A stretch of 59,797 nucleotides of DNA, taken from the NCBI GenBank assembly GCA_042218035.1, contig JBDGRM010000032.1, positions 1 through 59,797 of the forward strand, written 5' to 3'. The notes beneath the pieces are model-generated. The model searched no databases. It saw nothing but the letters and a program-made list of their open reading frames with translations, and had not been told where the DNA came from. Within the stretch, counting starts at the first letter, position 1. Each line of letters starts with the position of its first letter. Of the stretch, positions 27,402-35,493 are shown one piece after another. The DNA comes from Candidatus Magasanikiibacteriota bacterium (GTDB taxonomy: Bacteria > Patescibacteriota > Minisyncoccia > UBA6257 > GWB1-50-10). A program made the position numbers and the translations under genes.

Positions 27402-29546
27402 ATGATTGGAAAAAGCTACTATAAAATTTTTTCATTTTTCGTTATAGTCTTTGGTTTTTTGGTCAGTTTTGGAATTATGTTTCAAGCTCAAGCTATTTCG
27501 AAAAGCCAGTTAGAAAGGAAGGGCATTGAGTTTCCCATTAAAGAGCTGGGCTCTTGCTCCTCTATAGAGGACTGTAGAAAGTTTTGTAACAAACCTAAAA
27601 ACATGAAAGCTTGTATGAAATTTGCTCGTGAAAACGGCTTAGTAAAGCAGAAAAAGACCTCTCAAGAAAGTTTAAAAGAAGTTGAAAAGTTCTCTACAGC
27701 CCTAGAAGACGGAGGTCCTGGTGGATGCTCTACAGTTAGTGAATGTAAAAATTATTGTTCTAAAATAAGCCATCTTGAAGAATGCGTGAAGTTTGCTAAG
27801 AAGCATAACTTAGACCAAGAGGAAATGAGAGGTGCAAAAAAGCTTTTGAATTATATTCGAAAGGGAGGTGAAACTCCTGGAAACTGCAAAACGAAATCAG
27901 AATGTAGAAGATATTGTTCCAAACCATCTCATGCGAAAGAGTGTATTAAATTTGCTAAAAAAGTAGGCTTTAAGGGGGTAGACAAAGAAGAAATGAAAAG
28001 GATGAGAAAATTCTCTCGACTTGTAAAAAAAGGTAAGACTCCTGGAAATTGTTCAACTCAGGCTGAATGTCAAAGATATTGCTCTAAACCTTCTCACTCA
28101 AGGGAGTGTTTTCAGTTTGCCAAGAAAAACAACCTAATACCTGAAGAGGAGAAACGGGAAATGAAGAGAGAAATGCAAGAGATGAGAGAACAATTTGGAA
28201 ATATGCCTTCTCAAATAAAGGAGTGTCTCAGAAAATCTATAGGTAAGAGTAGGCTTAAGGAGATTAGGAAAGGTAAGGCATTGCCAGGTCCTTCTTTTGG
28301 TAGATCAATGCAAAAATGTGCTAATAACTTTTCTCCAAAAAGGCTAGAAGCAGAAGAAATGAAAAAAGGATTGCAAAGTGAGTTGGATAATTTTCCTCCT
28401 AAGGTAAAGAGTTGTATTAAAAACTCTTTGAAGTCTAACACTTTTGAAAAGTTGAAATCTGGGTCTATGCCCCCCGGCCCTAAACCTAAGATAGAAGAGG
28501 TTATTGAAAAATGTATGAATAAGTTAAAGGGGCCGCCAAAAAGAGGTAGAGATGCTGAAATGAGTCCTAGAGAAATAAAAAGACAGATGAAGGAAGAGTT
28601 AAGTAGAATGCCGGATAAAGTTAAGAGTTGCTTGAAAAACACAATAGGAAAGGAAAAATTCAGCGAACTTCAGTCTGGATCTGAAGCCCCTGGCCCTCAA
28701 TTTGGGGAAGCGATTGATAAGTGTATGAATAAATTTCACGAAGAAAAGAGGCCCGAAAGCGAAAAGAATCTTAATGAGAGCAATTTAGAAGCTATGAAAG
28801 AACGAGCTCAAGAAGAGTTGAGTAACTTACCTAGAAAAGCTGAGGACTGTTTGGTTAAATCTCTTGGTAAGAAAAAGTTTAAAAGCCTACGTTCTGGTTC
28901 TGTAACTCCTGGACCGGAGGTGGGTGAAGCTATGGAGAAATGCATGAGAAAAGTAGATGAAAGAGAAAATAGCATGAAAAAGGAACCGGATTCTGAACAT
29001 AGCAAAAGGAGGCTGGCTCCAGCGGAAAGCTTTCCCGATTATGCTAAAAAATGTTTCAAAAAGAAATATGGTAAATCAATAGAGGATGTTAGAAAGAATG
29101 ATCAGCTCAATTCAAAAGTTATGGATGTAGTTGAAAGTTGTCTAAAGAAAGACAAACTTGAAAGAGAGATTAATAGAAAACCTAGCAATAATGATGGTTA
29201 CGGAATTCCGGAACCTCCTGAAGGTGAACCTTCTCCTCCTCATTTTGATAAGTCAGAAAGCAGGAAAAACGAACCGCAAAAAAGAGAAGAACATAAGAGT
29301 GACCCCGACTTCCAGATACCTGAACCGGTTCGAAAATGTTTTCAGCAGAAGTCAGGAGTCTCCTTCAAAGAGTTTAAAAACAACTCTACCCAAAAGCTGG
29401 AAAACATTATAGAAAATTGTATGAATAGCTTTAGGCAGTCGAGTTCTAATTATAGAAACCCAGAAGATGATAAGTCTTCCTATAAAAATTCTCTTAAGAG
29501 TGGTTTTGTAAAGATGCTATCTGTGGTGACTGGCCCGGCTCTCTAA
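27402..29546 (+). CDS. Large secreted repeat protein with four 4-Cys repeats followed by six 2-Cys repeats
   Basis: Signal peptide ...MFQAQA. Repeat A x4: PG(G/N)C(S/K)T..EC..YCSKPSH..EC..FAKK. Repeat B x6: (M/F/L/I)P...K.C.K...GK..F..L.SGS..PGP..GE.(I/M).KCMNKF. Confidence 0.75.
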   Translation: MIGKSYYKIFSFFVIVFGFLVSFGIMFQAQAISKSQLERKGIEFPIKELGSCSSIEDCRKFCNKPKNMKACMKFARENGLVKQKKTSQESLKEVEKFSTALEDGGPGGCSTVSECKNYCSKISHLEECVKFAKKHNLDQEEMRGAKKLLNYIRKGGETPGNCKTKSECRRYCSKPSHAKECIKFAKKVGFKGVDKEEMKRMRKFSRLVKKGKTPGNCSTQAECQRYCSKPSHSRECFQFAKKNNLIPEEEKREMKREMQEMREQFGNMPSQIKECLRKSIGKSRLKEIRKGKALPGPSFGRSMQKCANNFSPKRLEAEEMKKGLQSELDNFPPKVKSCIKNSLKSNTFEKLKSGSMPPGPKPKIEEVIEKCMNKLKGPPKRGRDAEMSPREIKRQMKEELSRMPDKVKSCLKNTIGKEKFSELQSGSEAPGPQFGEAIDKCMNKFHEEKRPESEKNLNESNLEAMKERAQEELSNLPRKAEDCLVKSLGKKKFKSLRSGSVTPGPEVGEAMEKCMRKVDERENSMKKEPDSEHSKRRLAPAESFPDYAKKCFKKKYGKSIEDVRKNDQLNSKVMDVVESCLKKDKLEREINRKPSNNDGYGIPEPPEGEPSPPHFDKSESRKNEPQKREEHKSDPDFQIPEPVRKCFQQKSGVSFKEFKNNSTQKLENIIENCMNSFRQSSSNYRNPEDDKSSYKNSLKSGFVKMLSVVTGPAL

Positions 29547-29574
29547 AGCTTTCTGTCAAACAAAAGGTCTAAAC

Positions 29575-29607
29575 AAAAAGCCTCCAACTAGGAGGCTTTT
29601 TGTTTTT
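29575..29607. terminator. Bidirectional intrinsic terminator between convergent genes
   Basis: aaaaagcctcc-aacta-ggaggcttttt, an 11-bp stem flanked by an A run and a T run. Confidence 0.7.
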
Positions 29608-30200
29608 AAGCAAAATTTCTAATGATGTTGATTACCTTTCCTCGAACTTCTATATTTTTTTCGTAAAATGGATCCATATTTGGATTGGCAGGTTGGAGTT
29701 TCCACTTGTCTTTTTCTTTGTATACTTTTTTGAGAGTTGCTTCGTTTTTTCGGGGTATGTAGACAGCAGCTGTTTGTCCATTTTCAATATCAGGCTGGTC
29801 TCTTAATATGACTATATCTCCATCTTGAATTCCTTCTTCTACCATGCTTTGGCCTTCTACCTTTAAAGCAAAGTGATCTCCACTTTCTGAAAGCATTTCT
29901 TTAGGGACTTGATATGGCTCACTTTCTTCTACAGGTTCTATTGGTTCACCAGCTCTAATTAATCCGAGAATTGGAACTTTTACGTTGGAGTTACTTTTTT
30001 TGGGTTTGATAGCTCTTGTCTTGTATTTCTATGTAGTTCTTGTCTTTCAATTTTTGGAGGTGTTCATGAACTGTACTCACAGTTGAAACTCCTATATGTT
30101 CAGCTATTTCTTCTAAAGTAGGGGAGTAGTCATGTTCATTAATATAATCTTGAATAAATTCAAGAACCTCTTTTTGTTTTTTGGTGAGCATGTTTTTCAT
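29606..30200 (-). pseudogene. lexA: LexA repressor split by a 1-nt frameshift in an A7 run (either a pseudogene or a homopolymer sequencing error)
   Basis: N-terminal wHTH ORF (29991-30200) and S24 peptidase ORF (29606-29896: GQSM Ser, ATLKK Lys). The C-terminal frame is open upstream and reads KVPILGLIRAGEPIEP (Ala-Gly cleavage site). Removing one A from the run at 29995-30001 joins the frames. Confidence 0.85.
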
Positions 30201-30228
30201 TTCTATATTAATTATACCTATGTAAAAA

Positions 30229-30274
30229 CCGAAAATAAACCGAAGTTATCCACAGATTTTCGGTTTACTTTCGG
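30229..30274. promoter_or_regulatory. Candidate operator: CCGAA-N6-CCGAA, N14, TTCGG-N6-TTCGG, lying between divergent -10 boxes
   Basis: Arms ccgaaaataaaccgaa (30229-30244) and ttcggtttactttcgg (30259-30274) are inverted copies with one mismatch. TATAAT on the minus strand is at 30211-30216 (lexA), and TATAAT on the plus strand is at 30286-30291. Confidence 0.4.
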
Positions 30275-30362
30275 GTGTAGGGGTATATAATAGAATTAGA
30301 AAGCAATTTTAGGATAAAAAATTAAAGGTCGCGTTAATAAATAATTCTTTCATTTAATAAAT

Positions 30363-30551
30363 ATGCTCAAAAAGAAACAAAGAAAAAACAAAAAACTTTC
30401 TGTTCGTTTGGTGTGTGACAATTGTAATTACTGTAAGGATAATATTCGTAGTTTTCACCCTGAGAGGTTAGCTGATATTTTGAGGGGCGCTCATTGCCCA
30501 AATTGTGGTCAAGTTTCTTTGATGCAAAATAAGGCCGTGAGGTTTAGTTAA
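30363..30551 (+). CDS. Small zinc-ribbon protein (hypothetical)
   Basis: 62 aa with a basic N-terminus. CDNCNYC ... CPNCG (two CxxC pairs). Confidence 0.5.
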   Translation: MLKKKQRKNKKLSVRLVCDNCNYCKDNIRSFHPERLADILRGAHCPNCGQVSLMQNKAVRFS

Positions 30552-30652
30552 AACATAGATTTGCGTAATTCTTGATCTATTAGAGTTGACTTTATGAGTA
30601 ATTTTTTTATAAGTGTATTTAGTTCATTGAAATTTGAACAACCTCTGCTGGT

Positions 30653-31420
30653 ATGAATTACTCAAGAAAAGAGAAAGAGTTGGTTGAACTTTGGAAGAAG
30701 CACCGAAATAGAATAAAAGAATATAAAGGAGGCAAGAATCTAATGGAAAGGCCTGCTAAAGGTCGCAACTTTAACGTTTCTCCTATTCTTTTGGAAAGAA
30801 AAGGAAATAATTTTAAGGATATAATTTTACGGAAAGATGACAGTAAAATCTTGCGGCTTTCAAATTACTTGCCTGAAGGTGTTTGTTTTGTAGAAGATAA
30901 AACTTTTATGTATGACACTCGTTCCGGTAGTATATTTTTTGATGGTGGCAAAACGAAACTTGCCTCTTTTTTGCCGTTGATTTTTTACAATATCGGCCAT
31001 TCAAAACAGAAAGGTGAAGACCATGATCACTTTAATGAGATAAGTTTGAAGGCCCGATTTAGTATTCCAAGAAATCTTGAGGAATGTATAGAAAGCATTA
31101 ATAACAAAAGGATGAATGCGGACTCAAAGGCTTACTTCTTAGATAAATTTGCTTTTAACAGCTCGACAATTTCTAGAGAGGACTGGTTGTCTTTTGCAAA
31201 GCTTCATAGAAATGCTTGGAGTTACTCTTTGCGTAAAGTAAGGGCGTTAAGAAGGCAAGGCTGGAACGTTTTTGCTGGTTTTAGCATTGAAAAGGATTTT
31301 ATGAAAATGATTTATAATTGCCTTGAAAGCAAAGAGTTGTGGGTTAACTCCGTTGTTGAGCTATCGTGTAAGGCTCAAAACAAAGAAGTGCAGCTGCCCG
31401 GTGAAATTTTTACCCGGTAG
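30653..31420 (+). CDS. Hypothetical protein, 255 aa
   Basis: Uninterrupted ORF followed by a strong terminator. No motif recognised. Confidence 0.55.
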   Translation: MNYSRKEKELVELWKKHRNRIKEYKGGKNLMERPAKGRNFNVSPILLERKGNNFKDIILRKDDSKILRLSNYLPEGVCFVEDKTFMYDTRSGSIFFDGGKTKLASFLPLIFYNIGHSKQKGEDHDHFNEISLKARFSIPRNLEECIESINNKRMNADSKAYFLDKFAFNSSTISREDWLSFAKLHRNAWSYSLRKVRALRRQGWNVFAGFSIEKDFMKMIYNCLESKELWVNSVVELSCKAQNKEVQLPGEIFTR

Positions 31421-31435
31421 AGAGCTTTATTTTTA

Positions 31436-31467
31436 AAACCACCCTGGTTAGGGTGGTTTATTTTTTT
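31436..31467 (+). terminator. Intrinsic terminator
   Basis: aaaccaccc-tggtta-gggtggttt followed by a T run. Confidence 0.7.
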
Positions 31468-31527
31468 GTGCATTTTTACTTTGTTATAGTTTAAGCAGCT
31501 CTCTTTAGAAAGTTACCTGTCTTAATT

Positions 31528-31767
31528 ATGGAAAAGAACCCAAAAAATATTTTAAGTAATTTAAGTCCTGGAGACGAAATTTTGAAAACAAATATAGCTG
31601 ATGACATGAGGAGGCTTGAAGTTAAAGAGGTTAGTAAAAATTCTGAAGGACATACGGTAGAAATTAAAGTTGAGTTACAAGAAGGCCCTTCAAAGGGGGT
31701 TATTCGCTTTATCTATCCCGGTATAGTTTCTAAGACTGCCACTTCTTTTAGGGTAATAGATTCTTAA
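31528..31767 (+). CDS. Hypothetical protein, 79 aa
   Basis: ORF bounded by terminators on both sides. No motif. Confidence 0.45.
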   Translation: MEKNPKNILSNLSPGDEILKTNIADDMRRLEVKEVSKNSEGHTVEIKVELQEGPSKGVIRFIYPGIVSKTATSFRVIDS

Positions 31768-31811
31768 ATTTTCTTTGATGATAATTAATCGTTAGGATTC
31801 TTATTTTTTGG

Positions 31812-31842
31812 CCTCATCCGTCTTTGGCGGGTGAGGTTTTTT
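31812..31842 (+). terminator. Intrinsic terminator
   Basis: cctcatccg-tctttgg-cgggtgagg (one G-U pair) followed by tttttt. Confidence 0.6.
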
Positions 31843-31955
31843 ATTTTGGGTTTTAGTTATTGTAAGGGTCATGTATCTTTTTGTTTCGAGTTTCTTTTTG
31901 ATTGTTTGTGATAAATTTAATAAAATTAATATTAGATTGAGATAATATATAAAAC

Positions 31956-32246
31956 ATGAAACCTTTCAAATTGTTTTTTGAAACCTTGAGTAATGAGGTT
32001 CGGTGGAAAATAATTCATATTCTCCAAAACGGAAAGATGCGCGCCACTGATATATCTGATGAATTAGGTTATGAACAAAGTAGGGTGTCTCAAAATCTTA
32101 AGAGGCTCAGGACTTGCGGCTTCGTATTTGTTGAAAAAAGTGGAAGAGAAAGAATTTATAAATTGAACAGTGATACCATAAAACCACTTTTACAACTTAT
32201 GGATAAGCATATCAAGAATTACTGTAAGGATTGTGTAGAAAATTAA
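31956..32246 (+). CDS. ArsR/SmtB-family metalloregulator
   Basis: LSNEVRWKIIHILQNGKMRATDISDELGYEQSRVSQNLKRLRTCGFV (wHTH). C-terminal CKDC pair. Confidence 0.85.
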   Translation: MKPFKLFFETLSNEVRWKIIHILQNGKMRATDISDELGYEQSRVSQNLKRLRTCGFVFVEKSGRERIYKLNSDTIKPLLQLMDKHIKNYCKDCVEN

Positions 32247-32248
32247 TT

Positions 32249-32779
32249 ATGAATTTCAATTTTAAGCAAAACCAAAATTGTAAAGAGTGCAGTGATAGTT
32301 CAAGTTGGAAAATGATTGGAAAAGCTGTTTTGAATTTGTTCCGTAGTTCTTTATTTGTAACTTGGATTTTGCCGCTGATGTTAATTTTTATTTTATTGTT
32401 TATTTCAATACCGGTTTTGGTTATACCAGGAAATAGCTTTCAGGTCCAACTTCAATTGTATGGCATTGTTGATTATTTAATTATTATAGTGCTGTCTTTC
32501 CTCTCTTCTTTTCTGGTTATTTCAGGTATATATAGATATAAAAGAAGACAAAAAGGGGTTAGTTCGGATGGTTTTGGGGTGGTGTTTAGTGTTATTGCTT
32601 CTGTCTTTGGAGCACCCTCTTGTCCTATGTGTTTAGCTGCTTTGTTTAGCTTTTTAGGTTTTGGGGCTGTTAGTTTTGTAGTAAAAAATCAATGGATAAT
32701 ATTTTCTGCGGCTCTCTTGGTTGTATTGTTGTCTCTTTATAACTCCTTGTTAAAGATGCCTAATACCGATCATGAGTAA
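32249..32779 (+). CDS. Polytopic membrane protein with CxxC motifs (hypothetical)
   Basis: N-terminal CKEC and an intramembrane GAPSCPMCLAALF. Several TM segments. I place the start at ATG 32249, just after the arsR-like stop. Confidence 0.55.
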   Translation: MNFNFKQNQNCKECSDSSSWKMIGKAVLNLFRSSLFVTWILPLMLIFILLFISIPVLVIPGNSFQVQLQLYGIVDYLIIIVLSFLSSFLVISGIYRYKRRQKGVSSDGFGVVFSVIASVFGAPSCPMCLAALFSFLGFGAVSFVVKNQWIIFSAALLVVLLSLYNSLLKMPNTDHE

Positions 32780-33857
32780 AAAGGCTTTAGGTGCTACAGC
32801 TCTCATATTGTTTATTGTAATAGCAGGCGGTCTGCTGTGGCTGGCTATTCAGTCCGGCAATGCAGTTTCTGCTCTTCTTTCTTTTGCTGCAGGTCTTTCT
32901 ATGATTTTTCTTCCTTGCACATTACCCTTGGCTCTTGTAATTGTCCCCATTGCTGCTCGGGAAGACAGGGCAGGCAGAGGTTTGGGTTTGGCTGTCGCTT
33001 TTGGTTTGGGTTTAGCTGTTACATTAACGATATATGGCGTTGCAACGGCCCTTTTGGGTGGTTATTTTGGTCTTGACCAATTCAGCAGAGCCATGTTTGT
33101 TTTTGCCGGGTTGGCTGCTTTGCTTTTTGGCCTTACTGAGCTTGAACTTTTTCATGTGCCTCTTCCCGAGCTCACCTCTTATGTGCCGAATTGGGTAAAG
33201 GAGGGCTATTTCAAAACTTTTCTTTTAGGGTTGTTTTTAGGAAATGCTGGTGTCGGATGTCCCAACCCGGCCTTTTATGTTCTTTTGACCTACATTGCTT
33301 CTACGGGTTCTGCAGCTGTCGGAGGGTGGCTCGGTTTAGTGCATGGACTGGGCAGAGCCACGCCCTTAATCTTTTTGGTGGTACTGGCTATTTTGGGTAT
33401 CAAGAGCTCAGACTGGATTAGCAAGGTCTCAAAGAGAATAAGTATATGGACTGGTGTAGGGTTGGTTCTGGTGGGAGCATTTATTCTTACGTATGGATTG
33501 TTTGGAATGCATTGGTGGGAAGATTCGGTATTCCACGCTGGGTGGAATCAGTTGATGATGAGTATTGACCCGGCCTTGGCTGAAAAACCGGACCACCCTG
33601 TGGCAAAGGGGGTGTGGGAGTCTCCTCAATGGGCGGGTTGGTGGTCACTTGTTTTGTTTACGCTTATTCCACTGATTTGGTTTAAGATTAAGAAAGGCAT
33701 TAAATCTACTGTTTTTTGGATTTTGGCTCTTTTGTTAATTTCTTTGGGGGTTTTGACCTCAACCGGCATTATTACGGTTAAACATGGCCACGGTTTGAGT
33801 TCGGAAGACTCTCAAAATCATGCCCATCCTCAAAAAGTACCGAAACACAATCATTAA
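32772..33857 (+). CDS. CcdA/DsbD-like transmembrane thiol-disulfide or metal transporter protein with a His-rich tail
   Basis: FLPCTLPLALVIVP (DsbD_2-type Cys-x-x-Pro), GVGCPNPAFY, and at least 8 hydrophobic segments. The C-terminus is HGHGLSSEDSQNHAHPQKVPKHNH. It overlaps the previous gene by 8 nt. G+C is visibly higher than in the flanks. Confidence 0.65.
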   Translation: MSKKALGATALILFIVIAGGLLWLAIQSGNAVSALLSFAAGLSMIFLPCTLPLALVIVPIAAREDRAGRGLGLAVAFGLGLAVTLTIYGVATALLGGYFGLDQFSRAMFVFAGLAALLFGLTELELFHVPLPELTSYVPNWVKEGYFKTFLLGLFLGNAGVGCPNPAFYVLLTYIASTGSAAVGGWLGLVHGLGRATPLIFLVVLAILGIKSSDWISKVSKRISIWTGVGLVLVGAFILTYGLFGMHWWEDSVFHAGWNQLMMSIDPALAEKPDHPVAKGVWESPQWAGWWSLVLFTLIPLIWFKIKKGIKSTVFWILALLLISLGVLTSTGIITVKHGHGLSSEDSQNHAHPQKVPKHNH

Positions 33858-33952
33858 CCTTTTGTAGTTGTAAAAAATTTGATGGAAGTTTAATATGAAA
33901 AGAGTAAGAAATTAGAAAGACGATAATTAAATTTTTGTCTATATATAAAAAC

Positions 33953-34474
33953 ATGACCGAATCAGAAAAATGGGTAATAGGCTCCGTTGGGGTAGTGGGT
34001 ATTTTAATTGTTTTGGTGATGTTGTTCTCTCCTTCCGGTGGAGGTAGTGGTTTGAGCCTTCAAGGTAAAAAGGTTTCCATAATGAACAGAAAGCATATAG
34101 ACAAGGGGGTTAATTTCAAAAATTATAATTCGAATCCACCCACTTCCGGCCCTCACTGGACTAACCAGGCTGGATGGGGGGTTTATAGCAAGCCCTTGCC
34201 GGATGAACAGTTAGTACACAACTTAGAACACGGAGGTATTTGGATAAGTTACAAACCTAAAAAGGTAAGCAGTTCTACTTTAGATCAGATGAAAAATTTG
34301 GCCCAAAAATATACTAATGCTGTAATTTTGACACCCAGATCTAAAAACGACAGCCCGATTGCTGTTGCCTCTTGGGGTCGGCTTATGAAACTGAAAAAGT
34401 TTCAAAGAAAGAAGGTTGAAAAGTTTATAAAGGCAAATATTAACAATTCTCCTGAAAAGATGGCCCAGCTTTAG
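33953..34474 (+). CDS. DUF3105-family protein with an N-terminal membrane anchor
   Basis: NPPTSGPHW and HNLEHGGIWISY are the two conserved DUF3105 blocks as I recall them. Confidence 0.65.
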   Translation: MTESEKWVIGSVGVVGILIVLVMLFSPSGGGSGLSLQGKKVSIMNRKHIDKGVNFKNYNSNPPTSGPHWTNQAGWGVYSKPLPDEQLVHNLEHGGIWISYKPKKVSSSTLDQMKNLAQKYTNAVILTPRSKNDSPIAVASWGRLMKLKKFQRKKVEKFIKANINNSPEKMAQL

Positions 34475-34475
34475 T

Positions 34476-34685
34476 TTGGGTTCTAGATTTCTATTTATTG
34501 TTAAAGTAATCTCAAAAAATAAAGCACCCAAAAGCCTCAATTTAGACAAAAAGATTTTTCGGTGTGAAGAGTGCGGTCTTCATTATGAAACAATTCAGAA
34601 AGCTGAAGAGTGTGAAAATTGGGGTAAAGATAACAAATCTTGCAATTTAGAAATTATTCAAGATGCTCTTGAAAATAAAAAATGA
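34476..34685 (+). CDS. Small Cys-rich, Zn-binding-like protein (hypothetical; TTG start)
   Basis: FRCEECGLHYETIQKAEECENWGKDNKSC. The only in-frame start is TTG, directly after the previous stop. Confidence 0.4.
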   Translation: MGSRFLFIVKVISKNKAPKSLNLDKKIFRCEECGLHYETIQKAEECENWGKDNKSCNLEIIQDALENKK

Positions 34686-34740
34686 TGTAAGGAGAATTAT
34701 TATTTTGGGATTTATATAAGTTGTGATATTCTCTTATGTA

Positions 34741-35493
34741 ATGAGTGAATTATTGAGCAAAAAACAGAAAAAATTGTGTGATGAATATGAAAAAGACTTA
34801 TCAGATCTGAGAGCTACTTTTTTAAATTGCACGCTTAAACCAAACCCCAGAGAGTCTCATACTAGAGGGGTTATAGATATCAGCAAGGCGATCATGGATG
34901 AGAATGATGTGCAGACAGAAGTTGTAAGACCGGTTGATTATGATATTGCTCCGGGAGTCAGGCACGATATGACTGATCATGGTTTTGAGGTAGATGAGTG
35001 GCCGGAAGTTCACCAAAAAGTGATGAACAGCGATATCCTGGTTTTGTGTACACCTATTTGGCTTGGCGATAAATCTTCTGTGTGTACTAGGGTTATTGAA
35101 AGACTTTATGCTACTTCTACAAAGACTAATGAGAAAGGACAGTATTCTTATTATGGTAAAGTGGGAGGCACCCTTATTACAGGTAACGAGGATGGTCTAA
35201 AACATTGTGCCATGAATATTCTTTATTCTTTGTCTCATTTGGGTTTTACCGTTCCTCCTCAAGTTGATGCGGGATGGATAGGAGAAGTAGGGCCCGGCCC
35301 TTCTTATAAAGACGAAGACAGTGGGGCACAAGAAAATGATTTTACTAACAGAAACACTACTTTCATGACTTGGAATATGTTACATTTTGCAAAGATGTTA
35401 AAGGATCAAGGCGGAATTCCGAATCATGGTAATGTGAAAGAAGACTGGGATGCAGGGTGCGATTTTGACTTTCCCAACCCGGAACACCGTTAG
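34741..35493 (+). CDS. Flavodoxin-like fold NAD(P)H-dependent FMN reductase family protein
   Basis: FLNCTLKPNPRESHTRG and DILVLCTPIWLGDKSSVCTRVIERL are typical of this family. Confidence 0.65.
   Translation: MSELLSKKQKKLCDEYEKDLSDLRATFLNCTLKPNPRESHTRGVIDISKAIMDENDVQTEVVRPVDYDIAPGVRHDMTDHGFEVDEWPEVHQKVMNSDILVLCTPIWLGDKSSVCTRVIERLYATSTKTNEKGQYSYYGKVGGTLITGNEDGLKHCAMNILYSLSHLGFTVPPQVDAGWIGEVGPGPSYKDEDSGAQENDFTNRNTTFMTWNMLHFAKMLKDQGGIPNHGNVKEDWDAGCDFDFPNPEHR

Noticed and set aside
30246-30254. Perfect DnaA-box consensus TTATCCACA in the spacer of the lexA operator candidate
   Set aside because: It is a single 9-mer, and in 60 kb on two strands one chance hit is not surprising. I saw no cluster of boxes, no AT-rich unwinding element and no adjacent dnaA/dnaN, so I do not call an origin.
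32837-33421. Cys/Arg-rich alternative-frame ORFs (32837-33076, 33191-33421) and the antisense ORF 33429-33629
   Set aside because: They sit inside the relatively G+C-rich CcdA/DsbD-like gene, whose own frame gives a coherent polytopic membrane protein. The alternative frames look like by-products of composition.
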